Source of the DNA: Octopus vulgaris
Taxonomy: Eukaryota
NCBI GenBank assembly: GCA_951406725.2
Contig: OX597826.1
Coordinates: forward strand, 39,060,001 to 39,124,000
Length of the DNA: 64,000 bases
Direction: 5' to 3'
Under the pieces are notes generated by a model. It did not search any database, was not told where the DNA came from, and saw nothing but the letters and a program-made list of their open reading frames with translations. The first letter of the stretch is position 1. Every line of letters begins with the position of its first letter. Positions 28,601-42,549 of the stretch are shown piece by piece. A program made the position numbers and the translations under genes.

Positions 28601-30897
28601 TAACTCTCTAAAAATGCTTATATAGTTATTTCCCTTACAACCCGAGCAACGCCAGGCGATACTGCTAGTATATAAACGGTAAAATGTCTGTGTGCATGTC
28701 CTTTATACAAATCCACAATTTTTCAGTTTAGAGGGCTCGCACTTTCTATGGTCATTCAAAACCATCCAAGGGTGGTCGTGCACATCTTTACATTTCCCCA
28801 GTCACCCCGCAAAGCCATTAAACAATCAATAGATGTGACTTTTTTGTGAATTTTCTATCCAAAACCCAATCAAAATGCCCGAAACTTGATACGCCAATTG
28901 AATGCCAGCTAGCTGTATGTGATTGGTCAGAGATTTGGACAGTACTCGCATATATGTATGCACACACGCAGCTGTATATGCATGCACTAGCACCATGACC
29001 TGGTGTTGCCGGGTCATAGAACTAGTATATAATAAAAGTGTATCAACGCAAAACACTTTCTTCAAGACGATGGAATAGATTGCTATACTAATGAAAGGTG
29101 TAGATTGATTGCAGGGAAATGTACAACTTATGCATCTGCACACCTTCTTTCTTCTCCTTATCCCGTCTTGGATTCTACTTACCTAATACCAATAATTTGG
29201 ACTTATTGCATAACTGCTCAAGGAGAATACCAGCATATACCACAACATACCCCAACTGATCTTTTATTGACCTCTTGTGATCTGGACTCCTCTAACATTC
29301 ATTTCTACACTAATGTTTTGACTATGTTTAAATATATAAATGTCATAATCTGACCTGACACAAGTTGTTTGCCTGTTTATACCTTTGTTGTTCTATTCTA
29401 TACCCATGTACACAAAATTTTTTAACACGTGTATATGATTTTATAAACCATATATATATATTTCAGATGGCCAGATAACCGAAGAGATGGTGTTGTGGAT
29501 TCCACCTTGGCATCCGAAACTCAGAGTTTTATCTTGGCTACCGAATAATTGTCACATATTATTTTACAGATAAATTTCCTCTATTTACATAATATTGAGG
29601 TCTCTTTCCTTCTTTTGTTATCTTACCGTTTACCATTTTTACCAATATGATTTATATATATATATAAATCATGCAGATACATACACCCCAGTTCAGCCAG
29701 GTCACTGTTATCTCCTCTCCATTCAGCCTCTTTCTTTTGGTCATTTCATCATGTTAACTGTTAATCGTGACACATTTTCTCTTTCTCTCTCCATTTTTTT
29801 CCCTCTCATCCCTTTATGTTGAAAAGCATAGGCTTGAAACATCAAAGACTTTTTCCATTCTTCCCAAACATCAAACTATTACACCTGCTTGTTATTCCCA
29901 CACCTGTCTTTGTCTTTTGTTTTCTGTACATTTGAACCACACACACACACATGAGTGAGTAGACAAACAAAAGAAAGTGGCACTCAACACATTTGGCAGG
30001 AGTTACATACATTATTTGATAATGGTCTGATTTGGCTCCATGCAACTTAAAGTTTTATGGGCTTGTAAAACAAACCAAGCTCTTCAAGCCTTGGTAACCA
30101 AAAGGAGAAAGTTCAAGATGGCTACTGGATATTGGGCTGTTATTGGTCAAGGTATGTCACATGGTACTGTTGGTACTGTTACTGATACAGTAGTGACATC
30201 AGATAGGGATAGAAATCCCAATCTTTACTTCTAGGACCATGTGGTTGGACAGGATATAAGCAGCATGTTACTGTCTAAGGCAGTGGTTTTCAACCAGGGT
30301 TCTGTCAGTACAGTCCAGGGGTTCCGCAAGAAGTTACAAAACTGCTAAAATTGGCAGTAATTTTTAATTCTCCTGTGCAGATATGTGTGCATAAGACTAT
30401 TAAATTATTGCACAGGGGTTTCTCAAGTGGAATGTTTCCTTGGGGTTCCATTCCAGCAAAAAGGTTGAAAAGCACTGGTCTAAGGAATGAAAAGAGAATT
30501 GTTAGCAATGCCAGTTGCTGGTGTGCATGTGTGTGTGTGTGTGTGTGTGTGTACCTGAGCATTGAGTTCATTAATGCAAATGTATGTGTGAATCTGGTGT
30601 ATGTATACATGAGGGTATGTATCACCTGTGACTATACATCATTGTGTGTGTGCATACGTGCACATAAATGTGTTAGTATCTACTGTGTGTAGGTATGTGT
30701 GAACATGTGTTTAGCATGTGTGTATGAGTGTGTACATATGAGTATGTCTGTGTGTGTGTGTGTGCATGTGTAACTGATGTGCTAGTGTGTTGTTTGGAGT
30801 TATGCAACAGCATCATTGAGAGGATAACCAAATTTATTGTAAGATTAAGATTTGGCAGCGCTAGGGAAAGAAAGAAAGAAAGGAAAGCAATATACAT

Positions 30898-30947
<50 letters not shown>

Positions 30948-31801
30948 ACAGTCATAGAAGATTACAGAAAATGTATACAATGGAAAGGTCTGGATGGATC
31001 AATCTATGCGGGTAACAGAAGTTAAGTACCCTGCCCTAGCATATGGGGTAGTCAGACTTAAGATGGTATATCTGGGTTGTCAGCGGTGACCTGCATTGAC
31101 CAATAGCAGCCCAATATTCAGCAGCCATCTTGAACTTTCTTCACTCAATTACTTAAGTCTGAAAAGCAGAAAGATGAAAAGTTTATGATTTGGGAGGAAA
31201 ATCATTGATCATAGCTCTGTTTGATCATGAATACTCTGGGAACTTAAATAATGACAACTGATCTTTCAACATAAGCACAGAAACAACGTATACATATTCT
31301 GCATCATGATAAACACAGCCAGCCTACATGGCAAATTTAAAAGTCATAGCAGCCTGTACATACCATGTCGTATCGTACTAATCCAGGTTTCTCTCTGTTT
31401 GCTGGTATCCGCAACAATATACAATGTGTAACATTCTCCATATTCTTCATACACAATCTGTAAAGACCAAATATTACAGATATATGATTCAGACATAAAT
31501 TGGAAATTGGAATGCAAAATAAAACATTTTAATGTTAGCACAAATTTTGGAGGTGGGGAATATAGTTGATGAAACCAGCTCTCATGTCATTTACTTTATT
31601 ACTCTTTACTCCTTTACTTGTTTCAGTCATTTGACTGTGGCCATGCTGGAGCACCGCCTTTAGTCGAGCAAATTGACCCCGGGGCTTATTCTTTGTAAGC
31701 CCAGTACTTATTCTATCAGGCTCTTTTGCCGAACCGCTAAGTGACGGTGACGTAAACACACCAGCATCGGTTGTCAAGTGATGCTAGGGGGACAGACACA
31801 G

Positions 31802-31834
<33 letters not shown>

Positions 31835-34800
31835 CATATATACGACAGGCTTCTTTCAGTTTCCGTCTGCCAAATCCACTCACAAGGCATTGGTTGACCC
31901 GGGGCTATAGCAGAAGACACTTGCCCAAGATGCCATGCAGTGGGACTGAACCCGGAACCATGTGATTGGTTAGCAAGCTACTTACCACACAGCCACTCCT
32001 GCGCCTATGTTGATTTCAGCCATAATACAAAAAAATCTTTCATACTGATTTAGTTAAAATTACTATTAACTCTATTCATCACGGTTCCTCAAATTGGCAG
32101 GGGCCAAAAATATGAAGGGGTAAGTTTCTTTTTCTTTTATTGCTTGGTCAGTGAGGGAAGGAAAGTGCCCAAGACGCTTTTCTCAGAGCCACTAACTTTG
32201 GTAAGATGAAAGGAGGAAGTTCTCAAGAAGAAAGGAGGAAGTTCTCTGGAAACCAGGCCCAAATATTTGCAACATAGTGGAATTCTGGTAAAGATACTCA
32301 AGACATTCTAATAGTTCTGACAATTCACTCCTGTCCCAAGATGGTACTGTATATATACACATATATAAATATTTAGTTCCTACATAGATTTCACCATTGC
32401 AGTTATTTAGAATTCAGCACTGAATGTTCTAAGTGCACTTGGATGCCTAACTGCAATGAATCATCAGGGGAACACTTTCTTGCATTATTTATAATGATGT
32501 TTATCTTAATTTTCCTCTACATATGCTCTGTATATTATAATTAGTAACACTACTAAGTACAGCAGTCAACTAACCACAATACTGGAAGCTGACTGGATAA
32601 AGATAATCTATGTGGAGCTCTAACTCCTACAGTTGTAGTTGTACATCTTATTACTGTACGAAGTTTGTGGTAAGAAGTTTGTAATTCTGGATTCAGTCCC
32701 ACTATGGGACACCTTGGGCAAGTGTCCTCCACTTTTACCTCAGGCTGACTAAATTTGAGTGAATTTGGTACACATATATTTGTATATACCTATATGTCTG
32801 TGTTTTTGTGTTTGTGCTTGTCCCTCACAACAGCTTGAAAATCCAACATTGGTTTGTTTATGTCCCTATAACTTAGTGGATTGGCAAAAAGAGATCGATA
32901 TAAGTACAATGCTTAGACTCAAATAAATAGCATGGTCCATTAGTTCAACTAAACCTTCCAATTCAGTGCTCCAGTATGGCTGCAGTCTAATGACTGAAAC
33001 AAGTAAAAGGTAAAAGATAAAATGATATATAACTTTGACAGCTTATGCCACCATATTGTCACATAACATTAAAGAATGAACATAGCAGGGAACTTACAAA
33101 AATTTCTAAACCTCATCACACGATCATCCTCAGCCAATGAAATCATATCCAAAGCAGATACTAATTTGAGTTGTGTTCTCTCTATAAAAACAAGAGAATT
33201 TTGAACTCCAGTCAGAAGCAAAACAGTTGTAGCATAGCTCCATGTCTTTCTATCTCAACTTTTAAAAGTCTGAGAAATCTGTGGAACCCATTAAGTTTAA
33301 AAAAATTTTTAATAAAAAATCCTGATGAATCCCAGTGCATTTTCAAATTCTATTTTCTACATATCCACTTGTGTAGTATAAGGTAACTTTGTTTTTTATA
33401 TATATATATCAATTAAGGTAAAGATGAATGAAGACAAAATAAAACAAAGAATAAGAATAGTATGAGACGATGTAAAGAAAGGATAACAAAAATAATAAAA
33501 ATAGATACAGTGAAGTCAATGAAAAGTAAAGTGAAATCAATGAAAAATAAGTTATAAGAAAATAATTTCATAAAAATAAAGTCTGTTATAGTTATCCATT
33601 TTCTCTCATAAATTTCTTGAATGTAAATTTTAATTTATGTTTACAATTGACAATTAGTTCATTATGCCAATTAAGGATTTTTTTTCCTTATTCAAATGTA
33701 ATATTCTTTAGTGACACATATTTTGTTACAGGTGCCATTGTAAGATGAAGACAGATTGTGTGTGGCATTAGGCATTACAGAATTATTATTCGCAGGTCCT
33801 TGGTCATCCTCAAAGGAACTTTTCCAACTGTCCCGCCCAGCAAGCTTGCTTCTATTAATAGATGCAATAATCAAAGCAAAATTAGGCATTACAGATTAAG
33901 AGAACTTGATCGTTGACTTGTTGCAAATACTATAGTATTTATGATTCCTTGGGAAGTTCTCCAGAATTCTAAAAAACATTTTTGGTAAGTTCCTTACTCT
34001 AAGGGAGAAAGGGGGAGCGAACCAAACAACTTTCCTTATTCTAGACCGTGAACCTCCCGTTTTGTTTAACTCCTTGCCAAGGTTATTAATTTTCTTATAC
34101 CTGTACCTATTATGAGCATCCCAAAACACATTACTACTCAAAGGCCTCTTATTATTGCAGTTAGGTGGTTCTCTGCATTTATTCATAGTATTTGTGACGT
34201 GCTTAAATGGCAAACCAGCCATTTTGTTTTTGAGTCTAGTATCAGGGATATAAAATATTTTAGTTTTGAATCCACTTAACTTTAGGGCATTATTATACAC
34301 CGGTGCATGCTGTTCAAAAATTTCTTCATTCGCAGATAAATTAGATATTCTAGTTGAAATCGCAGTAATGATGCTGTCTATTGTAGATTTTGGGTGATTG
34401 GATGATACATTAATATATGATATGGATTTATTAGGCTTACGAAAGGGATAATAGAGACTGGTATTTAAACACAAGGTAACATCAAAAAAATTCACCACCC
34501 TAGAATTAATGTCGAAGATGATATCAAGATTTTAAAAAATCCCTCAAGAAGCATCTCAGTGATTTCTTTAATCTATTCAATGCCGTCTTAGAGAGGCCTG
34601 GCACGGCAAAAAGGGCATCATCTCTATACAATCCACCAGTGAGAGGAGGGAAGCTTTTCTTAATCTCTGAGAGAAGATATAGGCCAACTAAGTCAGTCAC
34701 CTGTGCAGAATCGGAAGATCCCATGGTTATATCAAAAAAATTAGTTGAGTCAGCTCTCTGCCAATCACTTGTTATAGGAGATAAGTGTTTCCCTTGCCGC

Positions 34801-36671
34801 CAAAATTACCCCTATATCAGACTTAGGTATCTCTACAAACCTTCTTGCAAAAATTAAGGCTTTGTTTAACAAGATAGGGCTTATAGAGCTATAATAATTC
34901 AAAATGTCGAATTGTATGAAATTAAGCTAAGGTTTATCTTTGAGAGAGTCAAACCAAAGTATCACATTCTCAGTTCCTTTCCATAAGGGGAGTTGGACCT
35001 TTTCCCTCACAATTGGGATAATACCATCAATAATAGATTTGCTGATTCTACCCAAATCAGACTTTGTCAGGCATATCAATCTAATCGAAGGATTAGATAA
35101 AAAATCAGATTTATGGTCCTTCAATAAAGCATGGGGAGTATTTGGACCCTGGCTTTTAACAATAGGTTTCCCTTATCTTGAAAAGTAATTTTTAATTGAA
35201 AAAATTTCTAAACAATGAACTTTTATCTTACCTTATATGTTATTTATTTATGTTTCCTATATATATATGTACTTTTATATTTTTATATATCCGTATATTT
35301 ATAAATTTCTTTATATTTTTATGTGCCTATTATTCTAGATGTTGTAATGTTAAAAAATATATATTTTTTTAGTCGCTAAAGTATTAATCATTAACTTTTA
35401 ACCACGATGAACTGTATTCACACATTTTTCTTATATGCTTGTATTGATGAGTTGTGTTTCATCTTCCGTGATTTTATGCATGTATATTCTATGTGAAAGA
35501 AAAAGCATTATGTGATTAAATGTTCGAGATATGAAATGTTACGTGGATGACCTTATATTTGTTTGTTCTGCAACCACAGTTTAATATATTTGTCTCATTT
35601 AATTGAGCACTTCTATAGCAGTCCTATTAAACATTTTGTTCCTGATAAAAAACAATCACTTTATTATTGATATATATATATATATACATACATACATACA
35701 TACATACACACACACATGTATATATGTTTGTGTGAGTAGCACACAAACATATACAGAAGGTGCAACAAGGTATGATGCATTTCCTATTTCCCAGATGAAA
35801 CTCCTGATGTTTACTTTTAAACTTACACACCCTAATCTCTCTCTCTCACCTTGCCATTTCTCCCTCCCTCATTGCAGCCTCTTTCACTCATGCCTCTTCA
35901 TCTCTCAACTTGGTCGTCAACACTGACAGAACTGAAGATTGTAATGAGAGATCTAACAGACATACAACCAACATCTCTCAGTTGTGACCATGCCTAGGCA
36001 TAGTGGATGTTGGGCGACATCATCTAATGTGCCCTTCTCTTTTAAAGACAGTAGGATTTGGCTACAATTTCCAAATGGTTAAGCAGCTACACTGAAGCAT
36101 TTTGCTTTGCTGTGGGGATTTTATTTTATTTTATTGCCATGGTAGTGGTACTGAAATGGGCCAGACAATAAAACTTTGTGTAAACATGTTTACATGTATG
36201 TGTGTATATGTAGAGTGAGCAAGTATGTGGGTGTGTATGTATCTGTTGTTAGTTGTATTAGTGTTTTTGTTGTTTTTAAAATATATTTTGGCATCTAAAT
36301 GGACCAAACAATGAAACTTTGTGTTAGTGCGTGTGCATGTGTGTGAGTGTGTATATGTATGCATGTGTGTGTATATGTATAAGTGTGTGTATTTATGTTG
36401 CTGATATTTGTGTTAGTGTGTAGTTAGATATTGCTGAAATGCAGGTCTGTGGAAACAGGAGGCACATGGGTGGGGGTAGGGGGACTGTGAGAAAACTGTG
36501 TGGAAAAACTTAAGATGATGGATGGGTGGATAGAAAGGAAGATGGAGAGAGAGAGGAGGAAGCAAAAGACAGTTGAATAGGAACGAAATTGGGGAAGAAA
36601 GAGAGAAAACAGAGAGGAAGAAAAAACTGTGGGGAGAGTATATATATGTATACACACACACACACACACAC

Positions 36672-36722
<51 letters not shown>

Positions 36723-39700
36723 ATCCAAACATGAAAACACAACAACATGAGGACGTGGAACAAATATATATTTCTTTACTACCCACAAGGGGCTAAACAC
36801 AGACGGGACAAACAAGGACAGACAAACGGATTAAGTCGATTATATCGACCCCAGTGTGTAACTGGTACTTAATTTATCGACCCTGAAAGGATGAAAGGCA
36901 AAGTCGACCTCGGCGGAATTTGAACTCGGAACGTGACGACAGACGAAATACAGCTATGCATTTCGCCCAGCGTGCTAACGTTTCTGCCAGCTCGCCACCT
37001 TTTGACGTGGAACAAATATAGTATTATTGGACGCTCAGGAAGGAAGGGAAGAAAGAGGGTTTTACGTTTCGAGTGGAGATCTACGTCAGAAACATAGGAA
37101 AAGGAAAGATCCAGAGAAGGGAAGACGGAGGAAAAAAAAAAAAAAAAAAAATCGCCAACGGTACACATGTGGTCCCCCCAAAACAAACACAAGAAAAAAA
37201 ACAACAACGCGAATATGTGGTACATGCAAAGTATTAGCAGACACTCAGGGAAGGAAAGGAAAGGTAGCTTTACATTTCAAGCAAAGCTCTTTGTCAGAAA
37301 AGGGAGATGAAGGATAAAAGTCACCAACGATCCACATGTGTTTACATTTTGAAATAACTGGAAGGGAATGTGTGAAGAAAAAGTTTCTAAGAAAAGGAGG
37401 TATCTGTGTGTATGTGTGGGTATGTGCATGTGCGCAAGTCTGTGTGTGTGTGGTGTTGGCTGTTTATATGTGTATGTCTGAATGAACTTTGTGTCTCTTA
37501 ATGTTGTAGGAAGAATTCAGCAGCATGATTAACAGAAGTGGTGGTCTTTTGTGTAGTTGTGTGTTTCTTCACATGTAATTAGAGGAATGGTCAGTAGAAA
37601 GGTGTTTGACTGGCAGTTTGAAGTATGTGTGCGTGTGTATTTATGTTTGTGCATGTATGTATATGTTGTATGTGTGTTTTGTGTGTGCATATGTATATGT
37701 GCGTATGTATGCATGTGTGTATGCCCTGTATGTGTAATTATGTGCGTGTATGTATGTGTTGTGTGTGGGAAGTATATGTGCATTCATGTGTGTATGTACG
37801 TGGGGTTGTGTTTGGTGCATCTGTATATGTGTGTATGCATGTGTGTGTGTGTGTGTGTGTATGCGTGTGTCTGTATGTGGGGTTGTGCATTCCTGTGTGT
37901 GTATGTGCATGTAGTTGTGTGTACACATGCATGTGTGCATGAGTGTGTGCACAGGGTTGTGTGTATGGAAGTATATGTGCATTCCTGTGTGTGCACATGT
38001 GTATGTGTGTATGCATATATATATTTATATATAGTAAGGGAGAAGGAAGAGAGGAGAGAGTGTGGAGGAGAGAGAGAGAAAAACTAAGTTGTATCCTTGA
38101 CAAATGCATATGGGTGTGAGTGAGCTAAGGGGGTTTGGCAGCTATTTCTAACAAGTCAATATCCATGTAGACCTTCCTAATGTTGTGTGTGTGTCCGTGT
38201 CCTGAGATAAAGATAATGTACTACGAATTTCTGTTTTTTACATTCTTGGAAAAGGATCTGAACTCAGCATTCATTAAACACTCGTTAACACAACCAGATA
38301 TGTCGAAAGACCAGATACAGGAAGGAGACCCTATTCTGCCCCTCAACTTCTTTGAAATAGTAGTCAAATTCCAAAGTCAAAACAAAATGCTGTGAGTCAA
38401 GGTATTTGACTCTTTAGCCAGTTTGGTCAGCAGATGCTCTTCATGCACCTGCTTTGTCCCACTATATATATTTCTTTACTGCCCACAAGGGGCTAAACAT
38501 AGAGGGGACAAACAAGGACAAAGGAATTACAATGACCCCAGTTGCAAAACTGGTACTTTATTTATCGACCCCGAAAGGATGAAAGACAAAATCGACCTCA
38601 GCGGAATTTGAACTCAGGTCGACTTTGCCTTTCATCCTTTCGGGGTCGATAAATAAAGTACCACTATATACTATGGCTAATGTGTGTGTGTGTGTATCTG
38701 TATGTTTACGCACACATGCATGCACATGTAGTGAGAGTGAGGCAGATTAGGTATCTAAATACTATAAATTAAGGATTGCTCAGAGAGAGAAACAGCAAGG
38801 AACAGCATTTCCTTCATAAATACAGAAGAGCATTTATATATATATCTTTATATATAAAAGTGAAGTTGTGTGTCTGTCTCCTACGATTTAGATTCCTAAC
38901 TACTCCCACATTTTGTGGTGCAGTTTAACCAAAACCGGGTATCTTATAGTCGTGATTCATATTGAGCCCTTCTGGGTATTAGCGCGCGTCTACGATGAGT
39001 CTACGATTTAAAAACAAATTTACCATCATTTTTTTCCATTTTAATGCATTTTTTTCGCTATTATATAAGGGAAGTAACTCCCTGAAAATGCCTACGATGA
39101 GCCAACGATTAAAAAAAAATTTACCATCATTTTTTTCCATTTTAATGCATTTTTTCGCTATTATATAAGGGAAGTAACTCTCTAAAAATGTCTACGATGA
39201 GTCTACGATTTAAAAAAAATTTACCATAATTTTTTTTCCATTTTTAATGCATTTTTTTGCTATTTTTTGGCTATAACTCTCTAAAAATGCTTATATAGTT
39301 ATTTCCCTTACAAACCTGAGCAACGCCGGGCGATACTGCTAGTATATCATAAACTGATGTGTGGTTGTGTAATTTAGAAGTTTATGTTCAAGCCACATGG
39401 TTTTGGATTCAATCACACAGTATGAACCTAAGGTAAATTTCTTTTACTATGATCTTGGATTAACCAAGGCCTTATGAGTAAATTTTAGTCTACAAAAGTC
39501 CATTCTTGGGACAATTCCTGTTGTTGAGTGGTAAACTTATTCTATTGCCTAGTGTAACACCTTCATCTACTTTTTGTGTGACTTATTAGAATTCGTTCAG
39601 TTCCATTTAGGTCAGATATCCAGTCTAAGGATAACTTTTTCCCTGTTGCTTACCAATCTTGGTGGGCTCTGATGTAGGGGCTGCCCCTCTTCCTTTCATT

Positions 39701-40152
39701 AAACCTTTTAAAAAAAAACCCAATAAAAATCAAAAACAAAAATAACAAGTGTGTCACTTAAGAGGAGCTATTGTTGTTATTTAGTCCCTGGTTTGTTGTA
39801 ATCCAGGAGATCAAAGACAATCCAGGTGAGACCATTCTACTTCTTTTAGATTTTAATGCATAATGTATGTAGATAACGTTGCATAATCTAATACTGGAAA
39901 CTTGTAGTCAGGACTGGATTGCCTTTGCCCATAAGTCTGTTGGATTATAGAAGATTTTTATTACCTGTACCCACAACAATAATAACAACAACAAGAAGAA
40001 ACAATTTGCTCCTGTCTTTTTTTTCTTTATTTTCCTCTATTCTCACCTTCCCCTCTCGGCATCCTCCACCTACTCTAAGCTTTCCATACAGCCTCTTTTC
40101 CCTACCCCACTCACATGTTTTCCTATCTCCTACACCTCCTGTCTTCACAAAC

Positions 40153-40189
<37 letters not shown>

Positions 40190-42088
40190 TGCATGTGTGT
40201 GTATATGTACATTTCAATGAATAAAACTACTCTTAAGACCAGCAATATTTAGACTGTGTCTCTTTATGTCCCGTAACTTCACTGATATTAACTACAAGGG
40301 GATGCTGAAATGTTCCTAGCTTTGGTAAAAGAAAATACAAGAGGATCAGTTAATTACGATTTTATCCAACATATTCCTCTCTCAAATTCACACACTCATT
40401 GCAATCATCCTTCAGATTTTGTAAGCTTTGTTAAGGAACTTGGAAGGCTGGACCTTCAACCAGGCCTTTCATGATACCCTTAAAGCCAGGAATTTTTCAG
40501 CACCTTGTCATAATGCCTCTTGAGGAATGCTTGGACATCACAACTTTTAATTCAATTAGGTACAAATAACATGATGTTTACATTGTATCTAAATATGTAA
40601 GGAGGGACACCACTGCTCAAGTAATTTATATTTTGGTAACTAATTAGCTGCATCTTTGGTGTTTTGAGGCTTTACAGTCTTTTAGTCGGTTCCATCCAAA
40701 AAGAGATTTATCTTTCATCTTCACATCTGCTATAGCCAGAAGTAAAGAGGTTATAGTTAGAAGTAAGGAAATCATAGCTTGAAGAACTAAGAAAGTCACA
40801 GCCAGAAGCAAGGAAGTCATACCAAGAATAAAGTAAGTCATAATCAGAACAAAGGAGTCATAGATAGAACTAAGGAAGTTGTAATCAGAACTAAGGGAGT
40901 TATAGTCAGAACAAAGGAACTTCATAGCTAGAACAAAGAGAGGAATATATGCATGCACTAGCATTATGACCCGGCGTTGCCGGGTCACAGTGCTAGTACA
41001 AAAATAATTTTTTTACAATTTTGAAATGAGCTCTGAACCAAGTGTATAGAAAGGAAGATGTTGTTGTTGTAACATTAATTTAAAAAAATCCAAGGCAGTC
41101 ATAATCAGAAATAATGAGGTCATAGATACAACTAACTCAAAACTAAAACTAAAAACTAGAACTGAGAAAGACCCGAGTCTTTATGAGTAAAATTTCAGTA
41201 AGTTTGAGACATATACACATACATGCATAAATAATTATATACACATCATCATCATCATCATCAAACGTCTGGTGTCCATGCTGGCATGGGTTGGATTATT
41301 TGACAAGGGCTGGCAAGCTGAGGGTCTGCACCAGACTCTAGTCCGATTTGGCATGGTTTCTGTGGCTGGATACCCTTCCTAATGCCAATCACTTAGAGTG
41401 TAATGGGTGCTTTTATGAGCACAGCATGGTGCCAAAGGTCTCGGCCATTTGTCAGTGCTTCCATGGGGCCCAATACATGAAGGATGCTTTTTAGTTACAC
41501 GACACCGGCATCGGCCGCATTGCCTCTGTGAGGCCTAATGTTAAATAATAATGCTTCCTGGGTCTACTTCTAACACAGGTTCTCTCCAGTTAGAGATCAG
41601 TACTTCAATACACAGCTGTCCTTGTCCAGATGCAGTGCAGACGTCTCTCTTGCACAACACATCTGATGCCTCTTATGCCCAACTTTTCTCTCAAGATGTT
41701 TACACTGTCGTACATGCAAAATGACACATATCTGAGACCCCCTTCGGTCACGACACAGACCATGGGATGGCACCAAGACAGTTACCCGCCCAGGCACAAG
41801 TCCGGGCAAGACTGTCTATGGAAGACCAGCAGTCGCCCATGCATACCAGCCTTCCCTCTCCACACCACTAATGCTATCCAAGGGAACGGCAAAGGCCGAT
41901 ACAGCTTGGCACCTGTGATGTCACAACTCATTTCTAGAGCTGAGTCAACTGGAGCAACGTGAAATAAAGTGTCTTGCTCAAGAACACAACACGCAGCCAG
42001 GGCTGGGATTCGAGCTCACAACCTCACGATCGTAAGCTCGATGCTCTAACCACTGAGCCATGTACCTTCACTCAATGACACACACACA

Positions 42089-42168
<80 letters not shown>

Positions 42169-42211
42169 TATACACATACATATATATACAAACATACATA
42201 TCTATATACAC

Positions 42212-42243
<32 letters not shown>

Positions 42244-42496
42244 ACACATACATATATATATACACACATACATATATATACACATATATATACATACATA
42301 TAAATATATATATATATATAGACACACATATTTATACATACATATATATATGCATATTCATGCATACATATATATATACACACATATTTATACATCATAT
42401 TTATACATACATACATACATACATACATATTTATACATACATACATATATATACACATATTTATACATACATACATACATATATATACACATATTT

Positions 42497-42549
<53 letters not shown>

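Noticed and set aside
30108-31140. About 45-bp inverted match (AAAGTTCAAGATGGCT..)
   Set aside because: Short and diverged; probably remnant transposon ends, no TSD found.
37529-38109. Long Cys/Val/His/Thr/Tyr-rich ORFs (also 42060-42611, 48858-49534, 5764-5967)
   Set aside because: Translations of (CA)n/(TA)n microsatellites; open only because the repeats lack stops.
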